Source of the DNA: Armatimonadota bacterium
GTDB lineage: Bacteria; Armatimonadota; SYMT01
Direction: 5' to 3'
DNA: 64,000 nt
NCBI GenBank assembly: GCA_041690135.1
Contig: JAWLHY010000003.1
Location: 896,001 to 960,000, forward strand
Positions 36,581 through 45,615 of the stretch are shown here, piece after piece. Position 1 is the first letter of the stretch. Every line of letters starts with the position of its first letter. The notes under the pieces were generated by a model, which saw nothing but the letters and a program-made list of their open reading frames with translations, was not told the origin of the DNA and ran no database searches. The position numbers and the translations under genes were made by a program.

Positions 36581-38407
36581 CTACTGCGGGGAAGACGGAC
36601 ACTCGTCGGTTTTCATGAGGCGGAGGAAGACGTCCGCGATCTCCGGGTCGAAGTGGGTGCCGCGGTTCCTCTCGATCTGCGCGAGGGCCTGCGCGCGGGG
36701 GAGTGCCTTGCGGTAGGGGCGGTGGGTAGTCATGGCGGAGTAGACGTCCGCCACGGCCAGGACGCGCGCAATGAGGGGGATGGATTCCCCGGCGAGCCCG
36801 TCCGGGTAGCCGGTGCCGTCGTACCGCTCGTGGTGGCCGCGCACCCCCTGGATCACCTCCGGCCGGCCGGGAAGTGAGCCCACGATCAGCGCGCCGATGA
36901 CCGGGTGCTGGTTCATGACCCGGGTCTCTTCCGGCGTGAGACGGCCGGGCTTGCGGAGGATGCGATCCGGAATGCCGATCTTGCCCAGGTCATGGAGCAG
37001 TCCGCAGAGGTGGATAGAGCGACACAGTTCGTCGTCCAGGCCCAGCTCATGGGCGATCTGGAGCGCGTAGGCGGTTACCTCTTCGCTGTGGCGCCGGGTG
37101 TAGCGGTCCTTGTTGTCGACCGCGATGACCAGGGAGCGAAGTAGGTCGAAGCCCTCCACCGCCAGCAGACGGTCGTCCATCACGTCCAGCGTGCGGGCGG
37201 TGATCTTACCGCGTCCCTGCGACTTCGCCGCATAGAGGTTGGCATCCGCGACCGAAACCAGGTCCAGAACCTCGTTTGCGTCACCCGGGCAGTTCGCCAC
37301 CCCACAGCTCACATAAACCGGTACATGGGAGGCCACCCCTTCGGAGAAATGCTCGTTGGCGAACCGTTCCTGTACGCGGCGCGCACCGGCCACCGCCTGC
37401 TCCAGCGAGGCTCCGGGAAGGATCACCAGGAACTCGTCCCCTCCGTAACGCGCCACGATGTCGGTATCCCGGAAACAGCGCCGGAGCACCTGGGCCGTTT
37501 TCCGCAGCATGGCGTCGCCCGCCGGGTGACCGTAGGTGTCGTTGAACAATTTGAAGTTGTCCAGATCAAGCATCAACACGCTCACGGGCGTGCGGGTCCG
37601 GGTCAGCTGTTCCACTTCCAGGTAGAGCCTCTCGAAGGCGTACCGGTGGTTATAGAGGCCGGTCACCGGATCGAGGTCGGCCCGGCGTTCCGCGTCGGAG
37701 ACGAGGCGGGCGTGGTGGAGCGTGGCGGCGAGGTCGTTGCCGACCGCGGAGAGAACGACTCCATCCTGGTCGTCGAAGGGAAGATCGCAGCGCAGCACGG
37801 AGAGAAAGCCGAGATCATCGGCGCGCCTGCCCACCCGCACGCTAAGGCAGTGGGCGTCGCCGCCATCCGCCCGGCGGAAGCGATGGGACCGGGGACCGGC
37901 ATCCGCAAATACCATCTCCTCACGGACCGCTTCCAGAAGGGAGTCGCAGAGCTCGTGGGAGTCCAGGCCGCACTCCATCGTTCGCCGGAGCGTGGTGTCG
38001 CCTGGGGTGCCCGGAAGCCACGTGACCGCCGCGTCGGCCTCCATGCCGGTACGGATCTGCCGCAGTGCCGTCTCCAACGTCTGTCCCACGTCGGGCGAGC
38101 CACTGAGCACTGACACCACATCCCCCACCACTCCCAGTTGCTGCTCGCGGTGGCTTACCCGGCGCTCCAGATCGCGGATGCGCCGGCTCTGCCGGAAGAG
38201 TACGGTTCCCAAGAGAACCAGTCCGAGAAGCAGTGGCGCGAACCCACCCCCCGGCCCCGCGACAAAGGCACGCATCAGAAACGCCACTCCGGCCACGACC
38301 AGGAGTGCGTTACCCAGGGGGCTCAGCCCTCCGCATGCGGCCGAGGGGTCGGTCGTTTTGCGGCCGGGAGCCAGGGCCGCATCGACGGTTGGGTCCATGA
38401 GGGTCAT
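36581..38407 (-). CDS. Membrane-bound GAF-GGDEF-HD-GYP c-di-GMP enzyme
   Basis: Two TM, GAF-like region, DPVTGLYN/RYGGDEF, LHDLGK, HHERYDGTGYP. Confidence 0.92.
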   Translation of the reverse strand: MTLMDPTVDAALAPGRKTTDPSAACGGLSPLGNALLVVAGVAFLMRAFVAGPGGGFAPLLLGLVLLGTVLFRQSRRIRDLERRVSHREQQLGVVGDVVSVLSGSPDVGQTLETALRQIRTGMEADAAVTWLPGTPGDTTLRRTMECGLDSHELCDSLLEAVREEMVFADAGPRSHRFRRADGGDAHCLSVRVGRRADDLGFLSVLRCDLPFDDQDGVVLSAVGNDLAATLHHARLVSDAERRADLDPVTGLYNHRYAFERLYLEVEQLTRTRTPVSVLMLDLDNFKLFNDTYGHPAGDAMLRKTAQVLRRCFRDTDIVARYGGDEFLVILPGASLEQAVAGARRVQERFANEHFSEGVASHVPVYVSCGVANCPGDANEVLDLVSVADANLYAAKSQGRGKITARTLDVMDDRLLAVEGFDLLRSLVIAVDNKDRYTRRHSEEVTAYALQIAHELGLDDELCRSIHLCGLLHDLGKIGIPDRILRKPGRLTPEETRVMNQHPVIGALIVGSLPGRPEVIQGVRGHHERYDGTGYPDGLAGESIPLIARVLAVADVYSAMTTHRPYRKALPRAQALAQIERNRGTHFDPEIADVFLRLMKTDECPSSPQ

Positions 38408-38697
38408 GGTGAAACGAGGCCGGGAAGCGAATGCCGAATGGGAAAGATGGGAGAGGTGGCCCCGGCTTCCTCCCGTTCGGGCGGGCGAGGAGTTTCTTTG
38501 TGACTAGATAAATGCCGGTGCGAATCCGGGTGTTGAAAGGCAGGCGAACCTCCGGGCGAGCACCCGGGAGCCTGCGATGGATAAGGATGAGGATGAGCGG
38601 GGAGGGATCAGGATTGCGAACCGGGTGGAGGAGGGGGAGACCCGACAGCGGGGAGAACGGAAGAGTGAGAGAGTCGGAGTTGGGAGTAGGAGACGTT

Positions 38698-39819
38698 ATG
38701 CCTGAGCCTCTTCGCATCGGCGTATTGGGCGCCGGAAGCATTGGGATCCGGGGCGCGCTGGTTCATCTCGCCGTGGGGGACTTCGCCGACCGCGCCGTGG
38801 CGGCGGCGGTTTGCGACACCGTGCCGGGTCGCGCCGCGGCCGCAGCGGAACGATTCGGCGTGCCCCAGGCGTTCGAAAATTACGACGCGATGCTCGCGAG
38901 CGGCGACATCGACGCGGTGACGATCGGCACCCCCATCGCGCTCCACTATGAGCAGGGAGTGCGGGCGATCGAGGCGGGCAAGCACGTCCACTTCAACAAG
39001 ACGATGACCACGACGGTAGCAGAGGCGGACGACCTCATCGCCCGCGCCGCGGCGCGTGGGGTGAGAATCGTCTCGTCGCCGGGCCAGATGCTCCGGCCTC
39101 TTTATCGTCGCATTCGGGAACTCGTGCGGGAAGGCGTGCTGGGCCGCCTGGCCTGGGCGGCAGTGGGGTCGGCATTCGGCACCTATCACGAAAAGGAAGG
39201 CGTGCGGCAGGGAGACGATCCGCTCAGCAACATCAACCCGGCATGGTACTGGCGCAAGCCCGGGGGCGGCCCGCTGTATGACATGACGGTCTACGGGCTC
39301 CACACCCTGACGGGAATCCTGGGTCCCGCGCGCCGGGTGACCGCCATGTCCGGAACGCTCCTGGCGGAGCGGGAGTTCCGCGGCGCGACCTACCCGTGCG
39401 ACTGCGATGATAACACGCTGATGCTGCTCGATTTCGGAAACTCGCTGTTTGCGTTCGTCTACGGCGTAGCGGCCGGCTCGATCGTGACGGGCCTGGGAAG
39501 CCCGAGTTTCTTCGGCACGCACGGCTCGATCGTGGGCGACGCGTTGAACGGAGAACCGATCGATTATCCGGGGCGCAGCCGGGTCCAGGAAGCGGGGATC
39601 AACGCCGTCTTGCCCCACTACAACCGCCGTCACCCAACCGAAGAATTCCACGTGTTCGAGGATCTCCTGCAACTCGTCGACTGGGTGCGCGAGGGAACGC
39701 CCACCGTGGCCACCGCCGAGCACGCGCGCCACGTGATCGACATCATCGAAAGCGCCTACCGCGCCGCCGAGACGGGCGTGACGCAGGAGTTGAAAACCAC
39801 CTTCGCCACGAGGCTGTGA
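38698..39819 (+). CDS. Gfo/Idh/MocA oxidoreductase
   Basis: GVLGAGSIG, AGKHVHFNK, GGGPLYD; GGAG RBS. Confidence 0.9.
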   Translation: MPEPLRIGVLGAGSIGIRGALVHLAVGDFADRAVAAAVCDTVPGRAAAAAERFGVPQAFENYDAMLASGDIDAVTIGTPIALHYEQGVRAIEAGKHVHFNKTMTTTVAEADDLIARAAARGVRIVSSPGQMLRPLYRRIRELVREGVLGRLAWAAVGSAFGTYHEKEGVRQGDDPLSNINPAWYWRKPGGGPLYDMTVYGLHTLTGILGPARRVTAMSGTLLAEREFRGATYPCDCDDNTLMLLDFGNSLFAFVYGVAAGSIVTGLGSPSFFGTHGSIVGDALNGEPIDYPGRSRVQEAGINAVLPHYNRRHPTEEFHVFEDLLQLVDWVREGTPTVATAEHARHVIDIIESAYRAAETGVTQELKTTFATRL

Positions 39820-40050
39820 AGTGATTCACATCCCCTGCATGTGAAAGTACCGGGCTGGATACGGCACCTAAGCTAGGAGCCCGGAGAAACGAAGAAGACA
39901 GCCGGCAGGCTTTAGGTGGGGCTGCAGGCAGGGGTTATCCCGGCGGCATCTCGAACCGATATACTTACAGGCATTCCTGAGGCTGCGGCGATCAGAGCCT
40001 GCGGGCATAGGCAACTCGAAAGCGCGAGATAGGGGAGACAGGTAGCGGTT

Positions 40051-41670
40051 ATGGCCACTCTTTATTCCATCGGGATCGACTTCGGCACCGCCAATAGCTG
40101 CGTGGCGTTTGCCAGCTATACGGACCGCGGAAACGGCGTGGTGGATCCCGACCCCCTGCACCGGCCCGAAGTCGTTACCTTCCACGGACGCGACATCGTG
40201 CCCACCGCCCTTCACCTGGGCGATGGGCAGCAGCAGCCGCCCACCTTCGGACGCATGGCCGAGGAGCGAGGCGCGGTGGACCCGGCGCGGCTTTACACCG
40301 GGTTCAAGCTGAACCTGGGTCACCCCGAGAAGGGGCAGGACGCCTTCCTGATGGCGAAGTACTTCCTGCGCTACCTGCGTCAGCGGGTGGAGCAGTACGT
40401 TCCAGTGAAGGCCAATAACCCCGGCGAGCGCGTGGAGACGATCGTCGGCCACCCCGTCCAGTGGAGTGCCGATCAGCGGGAGGCCACGCTCCGGGCGGCC
40501 CAGGAGGCCGGCTTCCCCAATGTGCGCCTGGAAGAAGAGTCGCTGGCCGCGCTCTACTGCCACGCCTTCGACGAGCGCAGCGGGTTCACGCTCCGGCCCG
40601 GCAGCTACGTGCTGACCATCGACATGGGCGGGGGCACGACCGACTTTGCCTTCCTTCAGATTCCGGATGACCCCACGCAGCGGCCGATCTCCATTCCGGT
40701 CCACCCCAGCCCCTCCGAAGGTCGTACCTACGGCGGCCGCGACCTCGACCGGATGCTGCTAAGCTATCTCTCCCGCCATTGGGATGCCGATCTGGTCCGC
40801 GAGAACGCGCCGTTCCTCATCCGCGAGATCCGCGCGTTCAAGGAGGCCTTCTCCAACCATATCAGCGAGGGTGCGTTCCAGTACGACAACAAGATCGCGC
40901 TTGGGGACACGCTCCAGCGGGTTTCGTTGGGCAAGGCGGAGTTCGAAGACCTCGCGGCCAACTACATCAACTTCTTCTCCGTGCTGGTGCAGGGCGCCGT
41001 GGAGGAGGCCAATCTCCAGCCCTCGCAGGTGAGCCACATCATCCTTACCGGCGGTCACTCGCGCTGGTACTTCGTGGAGAAGACGCTGGGCGAAGTATTC
41101 CCGCACCTCTGGACGGCGGGTCACCGAACCATCTTCCGCCACACCCACCCGGAGCAGAGCGTGGCGCGCGGACTCGCCTACGATCCCCTGGTGCAGTCCA
41201 ACCGGGCCGGCCTTCTCTCACCCATGCGCCGCGCCACCCATGCCGTGTGGCTCGACATTCCGGAAGGGGTGCGCGAGGAGCCGATCCTGCTCATCCCGCG
41301 CGGCCAGCTCTTGCCGTTCCAGACCACCACCCCACTCAAGTTCCAGGCCGAGACCATGGCCACGGACCAGAAGCAGACCACGGTCCGGGTCAGCTTCCTC
41401 AGCGGGCAAAAGAAGCTCCCGCTCATCGACCGCTCCGCCACCTTCCAGCGCGGGTTCTGGGAGCAGGTGACGAAGTCGATCGCCGGGTTCATCTCCCGCG
41501 GCAACATGGATCAACGCGACCGGTTCGAGATTCAGGTCGACCTCTCCATCGACGAGCACGAGTTGATTATCGCGGAGATGATCGTGACCCGGTTCCTGGG
41601 TGGCCGCGCGGTCGACGTGCAGACCCGCACCATGCAGGTGAACGTCGGGTTGGCAATGGAGGCGACCTGA
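40051..41670 (+). CDS. Atypical Hsp70 family protein
   Basis: IGIDFGTANS, EESLAA, IDMGGGTTD, GGRDLD, LTGGHSR, SVARGLA; non-DnaK C-terminus. Confidence 0.85.
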   Translation: MATLYSIGIDFGTANSCVAFASYTDRGNGVVDPDPLHRPEVVTFHGRDIVPTALHLGDGQQQPPTFGRMAEERGAVDPARLYTGFKLNLGHPEKGQDAFLMAKYFLRYLRQRVEQYVPVKANNPGERVETIVGHPVQWSADQREATLRAAQEAGFPNVRLEEESLAALYCHAFDERSGFTLRPGSYVLTIDMGGGTTDFAFLQIPDDPTQRPISIPVHPSPSEGRTYGGRDLDRMLLSYLSRHWDADLVRENAPFLIREIRAFKEAFSNHISEGAFQYDNKIALGDTLQRVSLGKAEFEDLAANYINFFSVLVQGAVEEANLQPSQVSHIILTGGHSRWYFVEKTLGEVFPHLWTAGHRTIFRHTHPEQSVARGLAYDPLVQSNRAGLLSPMRRATHAVWLDIPEGVREEPILLIPRGQLLPFQTTTPLKFQAETMATDQKQTTVRVSFLSGQKKLPLIDRSATFQRGFWEQVTKSIAGFISRGNMDQRDRFEIQVDLSIDEHELIIAEMIVTRFLGGRAVDVQTRTMQVNVGLAMEAT

Positions 41671-41671
41671 A

Positions 41672-41938
41672 GTGGCGCCCCAAGCGGACACTGGAGAAGC
41701 ATCACCAATGGACGCAGCCTACGAGAAGGCACGACAGATCGTTGACAAAGAGTGGACTGCCTTCGGTTGGTCGAAGGCCGACCGAGAGGCAGAGGACGAT
41801 CTGGTTGAGCTGTTCGAAGATCTAGTTGCAGGAGGGCGGCTCCCCGAGGAAATTCTCGCCGAGTGGAGTACTCTTACTGCGGAACAGATTCTGTCTCAGT
41901 ATCGGACGACCCAAACGACCTTAGCGCGCTCAGCATAG
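41672..41938 (+). CDS. Small acidic hypothetical protein
   Basis: ORF starts 1 bp after the Hsp70 stop, GGAGG RBS upstream; no motif. Confidence 0.5.
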   Translation: MAPQADTGEASPMDAAYEKARQIVDKEWTAFGWSKADREAEDDLVELFEDLVAGGRLPEEILAEWSTLTAEQILSQYRTTQTTLARSA

Positions 41939-41971
41939 AGCGAAGCCGGCTCTCCCCGTATCAGCAACCCC

Positions 41972-42949
41972 ATGCGCTGGTCTCAGATTCCACGGCCTCG
42001 CATTTGTTTGTTACTTGCCGCAATTATTAGTTGCGGTTCCCAGGCCAAGCCTGTCGTAGATCTACGAGGCGCCGATCCAGGAGGTGGCCGCCTGCTCATT
42101 CCTGACGCGGAGGAATGGCGCGTGTACCAGGAACGCGTCAAGGCGGCCCGGCGGGCGAAACCCCGCAATGAACTGGTGTGGGGCCACCAGAGTAACGAGA
42201 CTCTCCACCGGCAGGTGCCGATCTGGGTGAAGGTGGAGCCCCGCAAGCCGGTCGACGGTACCCAGCGGAGTACCCTGCACGTCTTCCTGGAAGACACCAT
42301 CGGCAACCGGGTCCGTACCGTTCCGGATTCGGTCCTCCTGGAGCCGGAGGCGCCCCTGCGAGTGGTCGGCCCGGCGCGGAAAGCGACCCGCGACGGCGCC
42401 GTTACCTTCGACGTGGAGTGGCCGGTGGGAAAGCCGGCCAGGGCTACGGTTCGGGCGATGCCGTACGTGAGCAGTCGGGAAGTCATCCTCCCCAGTGGCT
42501 CTCCCCTGGAACTGTTGCCTCATCCCGAGCCGGTGATCAAGACGCTTCCCCTTTCACCCGAGATCAAAGACCTGATGGAGAGGACGCTTGCCTGGGCTCG
42601 CAAAATTCAGCCAGAAGGGCAGGCCATGCGGGCAACAAGGTTCGCATTTCTCCGTGCTCACAACCCGCTTTCGCTGCGGCGGTACCCGGAAGCGCTGGAG
42701 GCCCTGGAGTTGGCGCAGCGCGAGTTCCACGATCCGATCTCTACCTGGGTGCGGGGGCAGCTTCTGCGCCGGATGGGCCGGGCCAAAGAGGGGGACGCCA
42801 TCCTCGCGGAGTTGGCCCGGAAGCACCCGGACAGCGTTCCCGCGCAGTTCACCAGGCCGCAACCGGGCGAGGTCTGGTTCACCCCGTATAACGGCCCGAT
42901 CCGGGATGCCGGGGAGGTGGGGAAGGATGCCGGCACCCCGAAGGGGTGA
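41972..42949 (+). CDS. Hypothetical exported protein/lipoprotein with C-terminal TPR-like helices
   Basis: 'LLLAAIISCGS' lipobox-like signal; 'RRYPEALEALE..RGQLLRRMGRAKEGDAIL..L..KHPDS' TPR-like. Confidence 0.6.
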   Translation: MRWSQIPRPRICLLLAAIISCGSQAKPVVDLRGADPGGGRLLIPDAEEWRVYQERVKAARRAKPRNELVWGHQSNETLHRQVPIWVKVEPRKPVDGTQRSTLHVFLEDTIGNRVRTVPDSVLLEPEAPLRVVGPARKATRDGAVTFDVEWPVGKPARATVRAMPYVSSREVILPSGSPLELLPHPEPVIKTLPLSPEIKDLMERTLAWARKIQPEGQAMRATRFAFLRAHNPLSLRRYPEALEALELAQREFHDPISTWVRGQLLRRMGRAKEGDAILAELARKHPDSVPAQFTRPQPGEVWFTPYNGPIRDAGEVGKDAGTPKG

Positions 42950-42987
42950 GTGGTGCGGCCGACATCGAGCCCCGACTGCCAACGCCC

Positions 42988-43128
42988 GGCGGTTCGTCTT
43001 TCACAAGGGCGTTGCTCTGCCGCCCCTCCGGGGCTTTTCATAGGGGCATTGGGTCCGGGGGTTGGCACCCCCCTGCCCGCATGCGGGCGCCCGATTTCCG
43101 GTCGCCCCTCTGGGGCTAGATACCGGCC
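42988..43128 (+). repeat. Palindromic MITE/REP-like element, copy B (diverged)
   Basis: GGCGGTTCG..GCCCCTCCGGGGC..CCGGGGGTTGGCACCCCC..GCCCCTCTGGGGC between convergent genes. Confidence 0.8.
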
Positions 43129-43139
43129 TTCAGTGAGGC

Positions 43140-44678
43140 CTATTTCTCAAACTTGAACAAACTCCGGCCTACGCGGATCTCGTCGCCGGGCTTGAGCGCG
43201 ATCTCGGCCACCGTGGCGTCGTTGACGTGGGTGCCGTTGGCGGAGCCCAGGTCGCGGATGCGGTAGATGTCGCCGTCCCGGACGATTTCGGCGTGGCGGC
43301 GGGAAGTGGCGCTGTCCCGCTCCAGGCAGACGCGGTTGTCCACCTGCCGGCCGAGGGTGGCGCCGTCGGTTACGTCGAAGGTCTCGCCGTTGTAGGCTCC
43401 CTCCAGGCAGCGGAGGCGTGCCGGGGGGACCGCCGGGGCGGTCGGACGCAGCATTTCTGTGGCGAACTCCGCGGCCGGGCGTGAAGCAGCCGGGGTTACC
43501 GGGGGAGACACCGCTTCCGCCGGTTCGGGACGCACGCTCCGGGCGCGGGTCGAGTAGGGGTCTTCTCCAACGGCGTCCGGCACCGGCGCGGCCGGACGTG
43601 CGCGGGTGGCGTAGGCGTCGTCCGTCGCCGGAGCAGCCGCCCGCGACCGGGTCTGCAATGCGTCGTCTTCGTCCGGCACCACGAACTCTTCTTCTGCGTA
43701 GGGCGGTTCGGTTTTCAGTGCGGGATGTTGTTCTGTCGCCCCTTCAGGGCTTTTCTGAATGGGCCTCAGGTCCGGGGGTTCACACCCCCGGCTATTGTCC
43801 TGTCGCCCCTCCGGGGCTACGAAGCGGCTCTTGCCAAAGTCAGTACTACCCTCTCCCGGTATCTCGCTCGGGGTTCGGGCGCGGGTGATAAGTGCATCGC
43901 CGGGTTCGGCGGGCGCATCGGGCCGGGTTGCCTGGGCGCGGGTCGCAAAGACATCCTCCGGTCCTGCCGGGGTCGGCTGGGCGGGGCGCGCCCGGGTGGC
44001 GAAGGCGTCCGGATCTGCGGATTCCGGCGCTTGCCCCGGCTGGGGCCCGCGGGCGCGGGTCGCGACCGGGTCATCCACTTCCGGAGCGGCTGCCCGTGCG
44101 CGGGTGGCAAACGGATCTTCCTGGGAAGGCGCATCCGCACCCCGCGCTCGAGTGGCGAAGGCGTCGTCCGGGGTTGCGCTGCTCTCGGGCTGGCGGGCGC
44201 GGGTAGCGAAGGCGTCGTCGGTCGCGCCAGTGCTTTCGGGCCGCCGAGCGCGCGTCGCAAAAGTGTCCTCTTCCGCCGTACTTCCTCCGCGGGCGCGGGT
44301 GGCGAAAGCATCTTCAGAACCGGCGGCGCCTGCGGGAGTCGCACCGCGGGCGCGAGTGGCGAAGGCATCGTCCGCGGGTACCGCGCCCCGCGCGCGGGTG
44401 GCGAAGGCATCAGCGCCCGCCGAACCGCTGGCCGCGGGCCGATGCCCCCGGGTAGCGAAGGCATCGTCCGCGGAAGCGGAACCGGAGGGGGAGGAGGAAT
44501 CGGAGGCTCGGGAGCGGGTCATCAACGCATCGTTTCCGTCCTCCGCCGCCGGCGCGGGGGAGAAACCTGCTGATGCCGGATCTTCCGCGGTGGGAGTCTT
44601 CTTGCGCGAAAGTGCCACCGCCACCACGACCGCCAGCACGATCAGGACCCCGATCCCGATAACGAGCGGGTTCGCCAT
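43140..44678 (-). CDS. Membrane-anchored FHA-domain protein with 16 DxFATRAR-type repeats
   Basis: N-terminal TM; repeat-rich disordered region; FHA motifs GR, SRRH, DLGSANGT, GDEIRVG. Confidence 0.9.
   Translation of the reverse strand: MANPLVIGIGVLIVLAVVVAVALSRKKTPTAEDPASAGFSPAPAAEDGNDALMTRSRASDSSSPSGSASADDAFATRGHRPAASGSAGADAFATRARGAVPADDAFATRARGATPAGAAGSEDAFATRARGGSTAEEDTFATRARRPESTGATDDAFATRARQPESSATPDDAFATRARGADAPSQEDPFATRARAAAPEVDDPVATRARGPQPGQAPESADPDAFATRARPAQPTPAGPEDVFATRAQATRPDAPAEPGDALITRARTPSEIPGEGSTDFGKSRFVAPEGRQDNSRGCEPPDLRPIQKSPEGATEQHPALKTEPPYAEEEFVVPDEDDALQTRSRAAAPATDDAYATRARPAAPVPDAVGEDPYSTRARSVRPEPAEAVSPPVTPAASRPAAEFATEMLRPTAPAVPPARLRCLEGAYNGETFDVTDGATLGRQVDNRVCLERDSATSRRHAEIVRDGDIYRIRDLGSANGTHVNDATVAEIALKPGDEIRVGRSLFKFEK
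43702..43828 (+). repeat. Palindromic MITE/REP-like element, copy C, inside the FHA gene
   Basis: Core CAGGTCCGGGGGTTCACACCCCCGGCTATT identical to copy A; the ORF stays open across it. Confidence 0.85.
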
Positions 44679-45494
44679 GAGAAACGGCTCCAGGGCCTCG
44701 CCTCTATTTTCGATCCCGGTCCGCACTCCCGGTCCGGTCAGCCAGATTCGGGCGCTCACGCGCGTCTCCTTCTCAATACTCGTGGTGAACACCTACTGCT
44801 TCGTGTTATAGCCGTTCTCCAGGAGGGCTGGAAGGCCCTCGTGGCGGAATTGTGTGTCGTTTTGTGTAGCAAGCAGCCAGGGGGTTTTGTGTATTGTGCG
44901 TATTCTGTGCTTGGGCCCCTGGGAATGCGAGCGTTAGGCGTCGGGCAGCGTGGAGCGCACTCCAGATTCCGGTACGACCTCGGAGATCAACATCGCCGGG
45001 AAATCCCTTGTTCCGCACTCCTTGCAGGATGGGGGTGCAGGTTGCGCGGGCCAGATATGGTCGGCCCTAGCCGGGGAGCCTGATGGATTGGGACCACGAT
45101 AAAGATAAAGAGTCCCGCTCCTCGGCATGACGTGCGGGGTACAGCCTGACGGTCAGATGGCCTCTTGCAAATTGCGCGCGAAGCATGCAAAGAGTAGATC
45201 GGTAGGTACTGGCGGAACTGAAGAGGCGGAAGGGGGGCTTCCATCGGAAGTGGGAAGGCCCGTTGAGCCGACATCCCTAATTGACATTGGGTGAATACCG
45301 TGCCCGCGGGATTCAGCGCTGTCAGTTGCCCAGAGAGTAGTCACCCTCCGCGGCAGGGCGCCTGGTGGGTCTTTGGTCTTGCGGGCTCCCATCCGCTCTC
45401 GCGGGGTGCCGGAGCCGCATTCCACACGACAAGACGGGTGCAAGACCACAGTTTTCCACCCCTGGCAGCCAAGGACTCCGCCCTTCAGCCCCTG

Positions 45495-45566
45495 GCCCCC
45501 GAGGGGGGCTTCAACCTTCAACCTGCAAACCATCTAACCTGCCAACCTTTAGCCCCCGAGGGGGGC
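45495..45566. repeat. GCCCCCGAGGGGGGC palindrome x2 flanking 7/8-mer xxxAACC repeats
   Basis: Copies at 45495 and 45552 with TTCAACC/TGCCAACC-type units between. Confidence 0.7.
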
Positions 45567-45615
45567 CAGAACCCGTTCGGGCCAAACCGCAGCAGGATCA
45601 TGGAGAGACTAAAGA

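Noticed and set aside
38510-38545. GCCGGTGCGAATCCGG resembling the cobalamin riboswitch T-loop
   Set aside because: Lacks the preceding GGGAA and the GCCACTG B12-box elements; flanking genes are unrelated to B12
39930-39955. CGGCGGCATCTCG matching the 3' end of enterobacterial 6S RNA
   Set aside because: No complementary 5' strand at a suitable distance
43539-44531. CRISPR-like appearance: about 24-bp repeats (GCGCGGGTGGCGAAGGCGTC-like) with variable spacers
   Set aside because: Repeats vary at synonymous positions, spacers keep the reading frame and are irregular, the array lies in an intact ORF, and no cas genes are present
45218-45275. CTGAAGA-stem suggesting a hammerhead ribozyme
   Set aside because: The required GAAA after stem II reads GACA, and stems I and III were not found
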